50,707 bases of DNA from an uncultured Klebsiella sp. (GCA_964415735.1 CAYQBR010000001.1:1748-52454), one strand, 5' to 3'; positions 37,666 to 47,379 are shown, counted from the stretch's first letter. Notes: generated by a model from the letters alone, not told the origin. A program made the numbers and translations.

Positions 37666-38577
37666 GTGCGTCAGATCAAGCTTTCAGCCACGTCGGCCCC
37701 CTTGCAAGCCGTGCAGGACGCCGTGCTTGACGCTCACGGCATAGGCTTGAGCGTGCTGCGTCTGGACCTGCTGCACCCCTTCATCAGCGGCAACAAGTGG
37801 TTCAAGCTGCGGCCCGTGCTGGAACGGGCCCAGGCCCAGGGACAGCGTACGCTGATCAGTTTCGGCGGGGCCTGGTCCAATCATCTGCTCGCGCTCGCCG
37901 CGGCCGGGCAGCAGGCCGGTTTCACCACGATCGGGCTGGTGCGCGGGGAGGTCCTGCGGCCCCTCAATCCCGTGCTGGCGGCCGCCGAGGCCTTCGGCAT
38001 GCAATTGCTGCCGGTGTCCCGCACCGCATACCGCGAGCGCCACACTGACGCCTTCCTGCAGGCACTGCGTGAGCGCTGGCCGCAGGCGCACCTCATTCCC
38101 GAAGGCGGCGCCACGCTGGACGGCGTGCTGGGGTGCCAGGAAATCGCCCGTGCGCTGCGCTGGACAGGGTCTGCCACCCGTCCGCGCCGGGTGGCGCTGG
38201 CGACGGCCACCGGCACCACGCTTGCAGGCCTGGTGTCGGCCCTGGACGAGTCCGTTCGCGTGGAGGCCACCCTCGTGCTCAAGGGCGAGGATCGCCTCAG
38301 CGCCCAGGTGCAGCACTGGCTGGAGCAGCTGCCGGCTGGTCCGCGTGCCGACTGGCAGATCGTGCAAGGCTGGCACGCCGGCGGCTATGCGCGCAGTCAT
38401 CCCGGGCTCGATACCTTCATCGCCGGCTTCACGGCGAGGACGGGCATCCCGCTGGAACCCGTCTATACCGGCAAGATGATGTGGAGTGTCTACGGGCGCA
38501 TTGTCAGGGGAGAAATCCCGCCCGGCAGTGAGATCATTGCCATCCACACCGGTGGCATTCCGCCTTCTGCCACATAA
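37666..38577 (+). CDS. PLP-dependent 1-aminocyclopropane-1-carboxylate deaminase / D-cysteine desulfhydrase family protein
   Basis: LLHPFISGNKWFKL (PLP lysine motif), GGAWSNH, IPEGG, HTGG. GTG 37666 is chosen because the upstream part of track ORF 37399 overlaps the opposite-strand Tat gene. Start uncertain. Confidence 0.8.
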   Translation: MRQIKLSATSAPLQAVQDAVLDAHGIGLSVLRLDLLHPFISGNKWFKLRPVLERAQAQGQRTLISFGGAWSNHLLALAAAGQQAGFTTIGLVRGEVLRPLNPVLAAAEAFGMQLLPVSRTAYRERHTDAFLQALRERWPQAHLIPEGGATLDGVLGCQEIARALRWTGSATRPRRVALATATGTTLAGLVSALDESVRVEATLVLKGEDRLSAQVQHWLEQLPAGPRADWQIVQGWHAGGYARSHPGLDTFIAGFTARTGIPLEPVYTGKMMWSVYGRIVRGEIPPGSEIIAIHTGGIPPSAT

Positions 38578-38645
38578 AGATGGAAAATATTCCCACGCGC
38601 TCGCATAATGGCCTCCCGCCTTTGTGCAAAGAGTGATCAATCGCG

Positions 38646-40928
38646 ATGCCTGTTCCGCTGTTGCAGCGTCTGCTCCGCCTCTGTCTGCCGTGTCTGGTGG
38701 CCGTCCTCGGTCTCTGGCAGTCGGGCATTGCCGTGGCGCAGGACCACGTCGCGCAGTCGCCATTGTGGCGCATCCTCGCCACTCCCGTGGTCGACATGCC
38801 CGCCGTGCCGGCCCATGCCAGCCATGCCGTGCCCATCGCCCTGCATGCCGAGGTGCTGGAGTCCCTGCAGACGGGCAGTGCCGTGCCGGTGCCCGTGCAG
38901 CAGCAGGCAGGCGAAGTGCGTCACACCCCGTTGCTGATCCTGGCGCAGACCCGCCAGCTCAACGGCGACCGCAGCCTGCATGGCGAACTCGCGGGATACG
39001 GTCGACAGACCCCCTTCGTGCTGACGGCGAGTGCAGTGGATGTCTTCGCCTATGCCGAGATCGGTGCGGAGGTCTGGCAGTTGCATGTCAGCAGGAACGA
39101 AGCGGTGGGGGATTACAGCGGCTGGCTCTACCAGTCGGCCGGCCTGCCCGAAGGCGCCCTGCGACAGGACTACGTGATTCCGGATCTCGCGCATCCGGTC
39201 CCCGTGGCGCTGCCAGCACTGCCGCCTAGCACGCTGCCGCTGCGCCTTGGCAATGGGAGTGCGCAGGGCCAGGCCCAGAGCGCACGCAACGCCGGCATCA
39301 ATGCCCGCAATCTGCAGATCACCCAGTCTGTCGGCAACGGCAGTGTCCTGGCCGGGAGCACGGCCCAGATCGAAGCCAGTTTCCGCAACACCAGCAGCGA
39401 GCGACACGAGGCGCTCTCCGTCAATTTCTATTTCGCGCTGGAGAACAGCACGCTGGTCAGTGCCACCGAAGGCTGTCGCCAGGGGACGGTGGGCGGGCAA
39501 CGCGTGCTCAATTGTCCGCTGGGAGACTTCGCCCCAGGGGAAAGCAAGACGCTGCGCTACACCATCGCGACGACGGCGGCCTCCAAGCCCCGCATCATCT
39601 CCACCGCGCTGGTGGGCGAGCTGCGCCATGACGCGGTGCTGAACGTGGTCGAGGATGTGCTGCGCGACAGCGACAACAATGGCGTCAGCGACTTCAATGA
39701 GGCGCTGCTCGGTGTCGGCCAGGCCGGTATCGCCCACGCCGGCGCCTTGACCGAACCCTCGGTGATCGACGTGATGGCGCTCTATACCCCCGGCGCCGAC
39801 ACGCTGTATGGGGGCGCGGCGCAGACGCGCATCAACCAGCTCATCGCCATGGCCAACCAGATCTATGCCGACAGCGGCGTGGCCATCACCCTGCGCCCGG
39901 TGTACATGGGCCCGGTGGCCTACAGTGAGTCGGTGGACATGGACACCGCGCTGAGTGCCCTGACCAGTCGCAAGGATCCAGCCTTCGCTGCCGTGGACAG
40001 CCTGCGCGAGCGATATGGCGCCGATCTGGTGATGCTGTTCCGGCCGCAGGGAACGGAGCTGGATCGCTGCGGTCTCGCGAACCTGGGCGGCTTTCGCACG
40101 CAGGGTGACTTCACCTCTTCCGACGAGCGGCAGTTCGCGTTCTCGACCATCGCCATCGACTGCCCCGTGAGTTCCGTCGTGGCCCACGAGCTGGGGCACA
40201 ACATGGGCCTGACCCACTCCCACCGGGAGGACGGTCACGGCGGCACCTTCGACTTCGCCACCGGTTACGGCGTGGAGTCGCTCTTCACCACGGTCATGGC
40301 CTTTCCCGCCGCCTTCAACACCAGTGTGCGAATTGCGCGCTTCTCGAGCCCTGCGCGTGACTGTCTCGGTGTGCCCTGCGGGGTGGCGGCTGGTGGCACG
40401 CAGCCGCCGGCCGATGCCGTGCGCGCCCTGGATGTGGTGCGACACCAGATCGCTCGTTACTACGCCCAGCGTGTGCCGCTGCTGCCCGACAAGCCGCTCG
40501 GCACCCTGAGCGGCACTGCCACCAATGCCCGCATCGCCCTGGCGGCGAGCGTCAACAAGGGGCTCGATCATGTCTCGGTGGTGACGCCTGCCGACAGCGT
40601 CGACATCAATCTGAGCCTGAGCGTGGATTCCCGTCACAGCGGCCAGGCCGGCTCGATCTACGTGCTGGCCACCCTGGACGGCGAGCAGTTCGTGATGCTG
40701 GACGAGCAGGGCACAGCGCATGCCTGGGACGGCAGCTTCGCCGGTCTGCGCGCCTTCCGCAGCGTGTCTGCGCTGCGCGCCGTGGAATATGTGCAGATCG
40801 CCAATGCGGCCCGCCTCGGCGCCGATTTCGTCGGCCGGCGGCTGCAGATCTACATCGCCTACAGCGTGCCCGGCCAGGGGGAAGTGGTCTACACCGTCGA
40901 GCCGCTGGCGCTGGACATCAGCCGCTGA
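38646..40928 (+). CDS. secreted zinc metalloprotease, metzincin/reprolysin-like (M12B-like) with large N- and C-terminal extensions
   Basis: Signal peptide ...GIAVAQD, HELGHNMGLTHSH (HExxHxxGxxH) at about aa 515. An upstream beta-rich repeat-like domain (NCPLGDFAPGESKTLRYTIATT). 760 aa. Confidence 0.85.
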   Translation: MPVPLLQRLLRLCLPCLVAVLGLWQSGIAVAQDHVAQSPLWRILATPVVDMPAVPAHASHAVPIALHAEVLESLQTGSAVPVPVQQQAGEVRHTPLLILAQTRQLNGDRSLHGELAGYGRQTPFVLTASAVDVFAYAEIGAEVWQLHVSRNEAVGDYSGWLYQSAGLPEGALRQDYVIPDLAHPVPVALPALPPSTLPLRLGNGSAQGQAQSARNAGINARNLQITQSVGNGSVLAGSTAQIEASFRNTSSERHEALSVNFYFALENSTLVSATEGCRQGTVGGQRVLNCPLGDFAPGESKTLRYTIATTAASKPRIISTALVGELRHDAVLNVVEDVLRDSDNNGVSDFNEALLGVGQAGIAHAGALTEPSVIDVMALYTPGADTLYGGAAQTRINQLIAMANQIYADSGVAITLRPVYMGPVAYSESVDMDTALSALTSRKDPAFAAVDSLRERYGADLVMLFRPQGTELDRCGLANLGGFRTQGDFTSSDERQFAFSTIAIDCPVSSVVAHELGHNMGLTHSHREDGHGGTFDFATGYGVESLFTTVMAFPAAFNTSVRIARFSSPARDCLGVPCGVAAGGTQPPADAVRALDVVRHQIARYYAQRVPLLPDKPLGTLSGTATNARIALAASVNKGLDHVSVVTPADSVDINLSLSVDSRHSGQAGSIYVLATLDGEQFVMLDEQGTAHAWDGSFAGLRAFRSVSALRAVEYVQIANAARLGADFVGRRLQIYIAYSVPGQGEVVYTVEPLALDISR

Positions 40929-41015
40929 GCGGCGGCGCAAGTCTCTCTGCTATACTGCCGCCGGCCGCGTGCCACCCGCGCAGCCCATCCTCCAACATCC
41001 TTCACAGAGCACACC

Positions 41016-41906
41016 ATGGCGGCATTCAAGCGCATAGGACTGATCGGTCGGGCAGGGCACCCCGGGGTGGTCGACACCTTGAGCCTGCTGCACAAGGTGC
41101 TCGTTGCCCGCGGCTTGCAGGTGCTGTGTGATGAGCACTGTGCCGCCGAACTGCGCGGGGCGACTCCCCTGGTGGTGCCGCGCGCCGAGCTCGCGGCGCA
41201 GAGCGATCTGGTGATCGTGGTGGGGGGCGATGGCAGCATGCTGCGCGTGGCGCAGTGGCTGGTGGCGCACAATGTGCCGGTGCTCGGGGTGAACCGCGGT
41301 CGCCTGGGGTTTCTGACCGACATCCTGCCCGAAGAGATCGAGACTCGGCTCACCGAGGTGCTGGCGGGCCGTTACACCGAGGAATCACGCTTCCTGATCG
41401 AATGCGAGGTGCGGCGCCAGGGGCGTGTCCTGCATTCCGGCAGCGCCCTGAACGACGTGGTGCTGCACCCGGGCACCGCCGCCCGCATGCTCGAATTCGA
41501 GCTGTTCATCAACGAGCAGTTCGTCAACAGTCAGCAGTCGGACGGACTCATCGTCGCCACGCCGACCGGCTCCACCGCCTATGCGCTCTCGGCCGGCGGC
41601 CCCATCATGCACCCCAGTCTCAACGCCCTGGTGCTGGTGCCCATGTACCCCCACACCCTCGGCAGCCGGCCGCTGGTGATCGATGCCGACAGCAGCATTC
41701 GCGTGGTGGTGGGCAAGCAGCGTTCCATCGTGCCCCAGGTCAGTTGTGACGGGTCCATCGGCTTTCCGGTCGAGCCCGGTGACGAGTTCATCGTGCGCAA
41801 GAAGCAGGGCTCCCTGCGACTGATCCACCCGCTGGATCACAATTACTACGAGACCTGCCGCAGCAAGCTCGGCTGGGGCAGCCGTCTGGTGCGCGCCGAT
41901 GATTAG
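41016..41906 (+). CDS. nadK: NAD(+) kinase
   Basis: VVGGDGSMLR (GGDG) and NRGRLGFLTD motifs. 296 aa. Confidence 0.93.
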   Translation: MAAFKRIGLIGRAGHPGVVDTLSLLHKVLVARGLQVLCDEHCAAELRGATPLVVPRAELAAQSDLVIVVGGDGSMLRVAQWLVAHNVPVLGVNRGRLGFLTDILPEEIETRLTEVLAGRYTEESRFLIECEVRRQGRVLHSGSALNDVVLHPGTAARMLEFELFINEQFVNSQQSDGLIVATPTGSTAYALSAGGPIMHPSLNALVLVPMYPHTLGSRPLVIDADSSIRVVVGKQRSIVPQVSCDGSIGFPVEPGDEFIVRKKQGSLRLIHPLDHNYYETCRSKLGWGSRLVRADD

Positions 41907-42789
41907 GGCGGCCGTGCTGGACGCCGGCACCGATCTGCGGCCGTTGCTGGAGGCGCTGGCCCGACAGGGGCTGCGCTTTCGCGTCAATGAGGAGTCCGGC
42001 GCGCAGGTGATCTGGGTGGCCACGCAGGCCGAGGCTGAACTCGTCGCGGCCCTGCTGGCGCAGTGGGAGAGCCTGCGGGCGCAGGGCCTGCTGGCCGACA
42101 CCCCGGCGCCATCCTCTCCCGGCCTTGGCAATTACTTTCCGCTGCAGCGCTATCTGCGCGACCTGCTGCGCGCCTTCTTCCGTGCGCCCGTGACCGTGCT
42201 GGTCCTGCTGGCCACGCTGGTAGTGGCGCTCATCAGCGATCTGGGCATGGATCTGACGGGTGTGCAGCGCCTGTTCTACCCCGGCTTCTATCCTGGTCCC
42301 GACGTGGGGCCCGCCTCGGTACTGCGCCTGCTCGGCGAGATCGACAGTGTGGAGGCGCTGCTGCGCACGCTCTCGCCCGCGTTGCTGCATTTCGGGGCCC
42401 TGCATCTGGTGTTCAACAGCCTGTGGCTGTGGCAGTTCGGGCGCATGATCGAGGGTGCCCAGAGCAGCCTGGGTTATCTGCTGCTCTTGTTGTTTCTGGC
42501 CTTCGCCTCCAATACGGTGCAGTACCTGTGGAGTCTGTCGGTGAATTTCGGCGGCCTCTCCGGCGTGGTCTACGGGCTGCTGGGCTACATCTGGATGTGG
42601 CAGCTGGTCGCGCCGCGCGCCGGTTTGCAGCTGCCGCCTGCGATGATCGGCTTCCTGTTGCTCGCGCTGGTGCTGATGGAAGTGCTGGCCTCGGCCTGGA
42701 TCGCCACGGCGGCGCACGCGGGCGGGCTGCTCGCGGGCCTGGTCGCGGGCTTGCTGAGCGCAGGCCTGCAGCGTATTCGACGCGCCTGA
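41899..42789 (+). CDS. rhomboid-family intramembrane serine protease with N-terminal cytoplasmic domain
   Basis: HLVFNSLWL (HxxxN), GGLSGVVYGL (GxSG catalytic Ser), AHAGGLLAG (catalytic His). 8-nt overlap with nadK. Confidence 0.88.
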   Translation: MIRAAVLDAGTDLRPLLEALARQGLRFRVNEESGAQVIWVATQAEAELVAALLAQWESLRAQGLLADTPAPSSPGLGNYFPLQRYLRDLLRAFFRAPVTVLVLLATLVVALISDLGMDLTGVQRLFYPGFYPGPDVGPASVLRLLGEIDSVEALLRTLSPALLHFGALHLVFNSLWLWQFGRMIEGAQSSLGYLLLLLFLAFASNTVQYLWSLSVNFGGLSGVVYGLLGYIWMWQLVAPRAGLQLPPAMIGFLLLALVLMEVLASAWIATAAHAGGLLAGLVAGLLSAGLQRIRRA

Positions 42790-42816
42790 GGGGCGCCCCA
42801 ATCAGAGGATCACAGC

Positions 42817-43143
42817 ATGTCCGCGACACCCGATTCCATGCAGGCGCTGCTCGACAGCATCACCCCGCAGATTCACGAGGCGCTCAAGAGCGCCGTGGAG
42901 ACCGGCCGCTGGGCCAATGGCGAACGGCTGACGCCGCAGCAGCTGGAACACAGCCTGCAGGCCATCATTGCCTGGGAGGCGCGGCACTTGCCCGAGGAGC
43001 AGCGCGTGGGCTACATCGACACCAGCGGTCTGCAGAAGTCCCACTGTGACGAGCCCGGCCACACGCACGGGGCCGGCGACAGCTGTGCCAGCGAGCCGCG
43101 CCCGCTGCTGTGGGCCGAGCAGGACAACGCCACGCGCCACTGA
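42817..43143 (+). CDS. YeaC/DUF1315 family protein
   Basis: 108 aa. The pattern LL.S..P.I..AL..AVE.GRW.NGE.LT..Q is typical of DUF1315. Confidence 0.78.
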   Translation: MSATPDSMQALLDSITPQIHEALKSAVETGRWANGERLTPQQLEHSLQAIIAWEARHLPEEQRVGYIDTSGLQKSHCDEPGHTHGAGDSCASEPRPLLWAEQDNATRH

Positions 43144-43160
43144 GTGACAAGGAGTATCCC

Positions 43161-43988
43161 GTGAACACCGTCGCCCGCGGCATCGTCCGCAAGATGAAGA
43201 CCCGCCTCGGCAAACCCGTGGAGTATGCGCTGCCGCTGGGCGAGACCCTGGTACCGCTCAATCCGCTGCTGGGCAGCCACCTCCAGCTGCACTTCAGCGG
43301 CCAGATCAATTGCGTGCATTGCGGCCGCAACACCAGCAAGAGCTTCAACCAGGGCTACTGCTACCCGTGCTTCCAGAAGCTGGCCCAGTGCGACTCCTGC
43401 ATCATTCACCCGGAGAAGTGCCACTACGATCTGGGCACCTGCCGCGAGCCGGCCTGGGGCGAGGAATTCTGCATGCAGGATCACATCGTCTACCTCGCCA
43501 ACTCCTCGGGCGTGAAGGTGGGCATCACGCGGGCCACCCAGGTGCCGACGCGCTGGATCGACCAGGGCGCGGTGCAGGCGCTGGCCATCATCCGGGTGCG
43601 CAGCCGGCTGCAGTCCGGTGCGCTGGAAGTGCTGTTCAAGCAGCACGTGGCGGACAAGACGAACTGGCGCGACATGCTCAAGGGGGCCGATCATCTGACC
43701 GACCTGCACGCCGAGCGCGAGCGCCTGCTGGCGGCCTGTCGCCGCGATATCGACGAGCTGGTGCAGCGCTACGGCTTTCACGCCATCAGCGTGCTCACCG
43801 GCATCGAGCCGGTGCTGATCGACTACCCGATCCTGGCGTATCCGGAAAAGATCAATTCGTTCAATTTCGACACCGACGCCCTGGTGGAAGGCACCCTGCT
43901 GGGCATCAAGGGCCAGTATCTGATTTTCGATACCGGCGTGATCAACCTGCGCCGCTTCGGGGGCTACAACCTGGCGCTGCACCATTGA
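43161..43988 (+). CDS. DUF2797 domain-containing protein
   Basis: GTG 43161 lies 6 nt after AAGGAG. CVHCGR...GYCYPCF...CDSCI..PE.CHY cysteine cluster typical of DUF2797. Confidence 0.8.
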   Translation: MNTVARGIVRKMKTRLGKPVEYALPLGETLVPLNPLLGSHLQLHFSGQINCVHCGRNTSKSFNQGYCYPCFQKLAQCDSCIIHPEKCHYDLGTCREPAWGEEFCMQDHIVYLANSSGVKVGITRATQVPTRWIDQGAVQALAIIRVRSRLQSGALEVLFKQHVADKTNWRDMLKGADHLTDLHAERERLLAACRRDIDELVQRYGFHAISVLTGIEPVLIDYPILAYPEKINSFNFDTDALVEGTLLGIKGQYLIFDTGVINLRRFGGYNLALHH

Positions 43989-44006
43989 CGAGACAAGGAC
44001 ACGAGC

Positions 44007-46694
44007 ATGCGTGACGCACAACCGAAAACCATTTACCTGAAGGACTACGAGGCCCCGGCCTATCTCATCGACACCACGGACCTGCGTGTCGAGCTGGGGG
44101 AAGAATCAACTCGTGTCGTGGCACGTCTGCAGCTGCGGCCCAATCCGCTGCATGCCGGCCATGTGCCCGGCCCGCTGGTGCTGGACGGCCAGGACATGGT
44201 GCTGGAGTCGCTCGCCATCGACGGTCGTGTGCTCGAAAGCGCGCAGTATCGCGTGGACGCCGAGAGCCTCAGCCTCTTCACGCCGCCCCAGCAGGCCTTC
44301 GTTCTGGAATGCGTGACCCGCATCAAGCCGCAGGAGAACACCAGCCTGGAAGGGCTGTACAAGTCGAAGACGATGTTCTGCACCCAATGCGAGGCGGAAG
44401 GCTTCCGCAAGATCACCTATTACCTCGACCGCCCCGATGTCATGGCGGCCTTCACCACCACCGTGGTGGCCGACAAGGCCCGCTACCCGGTGCTGCTGTC
44501 CAACGGCAATCCGGTGGCACGCGGCGAGGGGCCGAATGGCACGCATTGGGTGACCTGGGAAGACCCGTTCCGCAAGCCCTGTTACTTGTTCGCGCTGGTG
44601 GCAGGCAATCTGGAATGTGTCGAGGATCACTTCACCACGGCGTCCGGCCGCAAGGTGACGCTGCGCATCTTCGTGGAGGCCAAGGATGTCGACAAGTGCG
44701 ACCACGCCATGCGCTCGCTGAAGAACGCCATGCGCTGGGACGAAGAGGTGTTCGGCCGCGAATACGATCTGGACATCTTCATGATCGTGGCGGTGGACGA
44801 CTTCAACATGGGCGCCATGGAGAACAAGGGGCTGAACATCTTCAACACGTCCTGCGTGCTGGCGAATCCTGCCACCACCACGGATGCCGGCTTCCAGCGC
44901 GTCGAGGCGGTGGTGGCGCACGAATACTTCCACAACTGGACGGGCAACCGCGTGACCTGTCGCGACTGGTTCCAGTTGAGTCTCAAGGAAGGCTTCACCG
45001 TGTACCGCGATGCCGAGTTCTCGTCCGACATGGGCTCGCGCACCGTCAAGCGCATCGACGACGTGAGCTTCCTGCGCACCGTGCAGTTCGCCGAAGACGC
45101 CGGGCCCATGGCGCATTCCGTGCGCCCGGACTCCTACATGGAGATCTCCAACTTCTACACCGTGACCATCTACGAGAAGGGCGCGGAAGTGGTGCGCATG
45201 ATTCGCGAACTGATCGGTCCGGAACGCTTCCGCGCCGGCAGCGATCTGTACTTCGCGCGTCACGATGGCCAGGCCGTCACCACCGAGGATTTCGTCAAGG
45301 CCATGGAGGACGCCAGCGGCGTCGACCTCGCCCAGTTCCGGCGCTGGTACAGCCAGGCCGGCACGCCGCTGCTGCAGGTGCGTGGCGAGCACGACGCGTC
45401 TCGCGGGCGCTATGTGCTGCACGTGCGGCAGAGCTGTCCGGCCACGCCGGAGCAGCCCGAGAAGGCGCCCTTCCACATTCCCCTGCGCATGGCGCTGCTG
45501 GATCGCGAGGGCCGCGAGTTGCCGCTGCAGCTCGAAGGCGAGCAGGGCACAGCGCCCACCGAGCGGGTGCTGGACGTGCGCGAGGCGCAGCAGCAGTTCG
45601 TGTTCACCGGCATCAGCCAGCCCCCGGTGCCCTCGCTGCTGCGGGGCTTCTCCGCCCCGGTGAAACTGCAGGCAGAGCACACGCGCGAGGACCTGCTGTT
45701 CCTCATGGCCCGCGACAGCGACGGCTTCAACCGCTGGAATGCCGCGCAGCAGCTCGGCGTGGAAACCCTGCAGGCCCTGCTGGCCGACTATCAGGCAGGC
45801 CGCGCGCTGCAGCTGGAGCCGGGCCTGGTGCAGGCCTTTGCCAGCATCCTGGCCGACTGCATCCAGCAGTGCGAGCGCGGCCTGCCCCATGACAAGGAAG
45901 CCGTGGCCCAGCTGCTGAGTCTGCCGGCGGAAGCCTATCTGGCGGAGCTGTCGGCCGAGATCGACGTGGCCGGCATCCATGCCGTGCGCGAGTTCGCCTG
46001 CAACACGCTGGCCCAGCGCCTGGCGCCGCAGTTCGCACGACTGCACGCCCTCAACGCGGCGCCGCTGCCCTATGCCGCTGATGCTGCCGGCATCGCTCAG
46101 CGTGCGCTGAAGAACACCTGCCTCGGCTATCTGCTGCGCACGGGCGACGCGCACTGGCTGCAGGTCTGTCAGCAACAGTTCGCCATGGCCGACAACATGA
46201 CGGACGTCAGCGCCGCGCTGCGTCTGCTGGTCAACTGCCCGCTGCCCGAGGCCGCGCCCTTGCGCGAGCAGGCGCTGCAGAATTTCTACACGCGCTGGCA
46301 GCACGAGGCACTGGTGGTGGACCAGTGGTTCAGCCTGCAGGCGGGTTGCCTGTTGCCCGGCACGCTGGAGCGAGTGAAGAGCCTGCTGCAGCACCCGGCC
46401 TTCGACATCCGCAATCCGAACAAGGTACGGGCCTTGATCGGCGCCTTTGCCGGCCAGAACCCGGTGGCCTTCCACGACATCAGCGGCGCCGGCTACGACT
46501 TCCTGGCCGAGCGCATCCTCCAGCTCAATGCCTTGAATCCGCAGATCGCCTCGCGTCTGGTCACGCCGCTCACACGCTGGCGGCGTTACGACGAGACGCG
46601 CCAGCGCCTGATGCGCGCGGCGCTGGAGCGCATCCAGGCGGTGGATGGCCTCTCCAAGGATGTGGCGGAGGTGGTGGGGAAGAGCCTGAAATAG
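44007..46694 (+). CDS. pepN: aminopeptidase N
   Basis: 895 aa with GAMEN, HEYFHNWTGNRVT (HExxH) and WFQLSLKEGFT motifs. Confidence 0.97.
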   Translation: MRDAQPKTIYLKDYEAPAYLIDTTDLRVELGEESTRVVARLQLRPNPLHAGHVPGPLVLDGQDMVLESLAIDGRVLESAQYRVDAESLSLFTPPQQAFVLECVTRIKPQENTSLEGLYKSKTMFCTQCEAEGFRKITYYLDRPDVMAAFTTTVVADKARYPVLLSNGNPVARGEGPNGTHWVTWEDPFRKPCYLFALVAGNLECVEDHFTTASGRKVTLRIFVEAKDVDKCDHAMRSLKNAMRWDEEVFGREYDLDIFMIVAVDDFNMGAMENKGLNIFNTSCVLANPATTTDAGFQRVEAVVAHEYFHNWTGNRVTCRDWFQLSLKEGFTVYRDAEFSSDMGSRTVKRIDDVSFLRTVQFAEDAGPMAHSVRPDSYMEISNFYTVTIYEKGAEVVRMIRELIGPERFRAGSDLYFARHDGQAVTTEDFVKAMEDASGVDLAQFRRWYSQAGTPLLQVRGEHDASRGRYVLHVRQSCPATPEQPEKAPFHIPLRMALLDREGRELPLQLEGEQGTAPTERVLDVREAQQQFVFTGISQPPVPSLLRGFSAPVKLQAEHTREDLLFLMARDSDGFNRWNAAQQLGVETLQALLADYQAGRALQLEPGLVQAFASILADCIQQCERGLPHDKEAVAQLLSLPAEAYLAELSAEIDVAGIHAVREFACNTLAQRLAPQFARLHALNAAPLPYAADAAGIAQRALKNTCLGYLLRTGDAHWLQVCQQQFAMADNMTDVSAALRLLVNCPLPEAAPLREQALQNFYTRWQHEALVVDQWFSLQAGCLLPGTLERVKSLLQHPAFDIRNPNKVRALIGAFAGQNPVAFHDISGAGYDFLAERILQLNALNPQIASRLVTPLTRWRRYDETRQRLMRAALERIQAVDGLSKDVAEVVGKSLK

Positions 46695-46701
46695 GCGGGG
46701 C

Positions 46702-46733
46702 AGCAAACGCTCAGCCATTGCTCAGCGTTTGCT
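46702..46733 (+). terminator. stem-loop 8 nt after the pepN stop (possible terminator or mRNA stabiliser)
   Basis: 10-bp perfect stem agcaaacgct (46702-46711) / agcgtttgct (46724-46733), 12-nt loop. No U-tract follows, so an intrinsic-terminator call is weak. Confidence 0.35.
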
Positions 46734-46794
46734 CATGCCGTGCCGCTTTCGGCGCGCCACACTGCGGGCTCCTTCACTCACTCAGGAGTCCGCC

Positions 46795-47379
46795 ATGCAC
46801 CCCACGTCTTCCTCCACTCCTCCAGGCACGTCTCCGGAACCCCAGGTCTCTGCCAGCTGGCGCGGCACGCGCTGGCGCTGGCTGGGCTGGGGCACGGCGC
46901 TGGTGCTGTGGCTGACGCCGCTGCTGACCATGCCCTTCACGGACGAGGTGCAATGGGGCTGGGGTGACTTCGTCGCCGCCGGCATCCTGCTCAGCGTGCC
47001 CGGCCTGCTGCTGGAACTCACGCTGCGCATGACGCGCAACACCGCCTACCGACTCGGCGTGGCCGTGGCCCTGCTGGCGACGCTGCTGCTGGTGTGGATA
47101 TCGCTGGCGGTGGGCATCATCGGCAGCGAGGACAATCCGGCCAATCTGCTCTATGTCGCCGTGCTGGCCACTGCGCTGGGGGGCGCCGTCGCGGCAGGCT
47201 TCGCTGCCGCCGGCATGGCGCGCGCGATGTTCGCCACGGCTGCCGCGCAGATGCTGGTGGGCCTGCTGGTGCTGGCGGCCGGGCTGGGCTTCACGCTGAT
47301 CATCAATGCCTTCTTCGCGCTGCTCTGGTGCCTTTCCGCCGGTCTTTTCCGTGCAGCAGCAGAGGCGGGCGCGCGCTGA
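46795..47379 (+). CDS. hypothetical polytopic membrane protein (194 aa)
   Basis: ATG 46795 lies 6 nt after AGGAG. Ser/Pro-rich N-terminus then about 5 hydrophobic helices. No family recognised. Confidence 0.6.
   Translation: MHPTSSSTPPGTSPEPQVSASWRGTRWRWLGWGTALVLWLTPLLTMPFTDEVQWGWGDFVAAGILLSVPGLLLELTLRMTRNTAYRLGVAVALLATLLLVWISLAVGIIGSEDNPANLLYVAVLATALGGAVAAGFAAAGMARAMFATAAAQMLVGLLVLAAGLGFTLIINAFFALLWCLSAGLFRAAAEAGAR

Noticed and set aside
38637-40940. 767-aa minus-strand ORF
   Set aside because: It is the mirror image of the metzincin gene (which has a signal peptide and a zinc motif on the plus strand). It has no recognisable domain.
40929-40965. GC-only 7-bp stem (cggcggc/gccgccg) after the metalloprotease stop as a terminator
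   Set aside because: The 20-nt loop and the absence of a U-tract make it too weak to call.
44106-46718. 870-aa ORF on the minus strand
   Set aside because: It is exactly antisense to pepN, which has GAMEN/HExxH motifs. Its composition (R/G/H/Q/A/L-rich, no motifs) is typical of shadow ORFs in GC-rich DNA.
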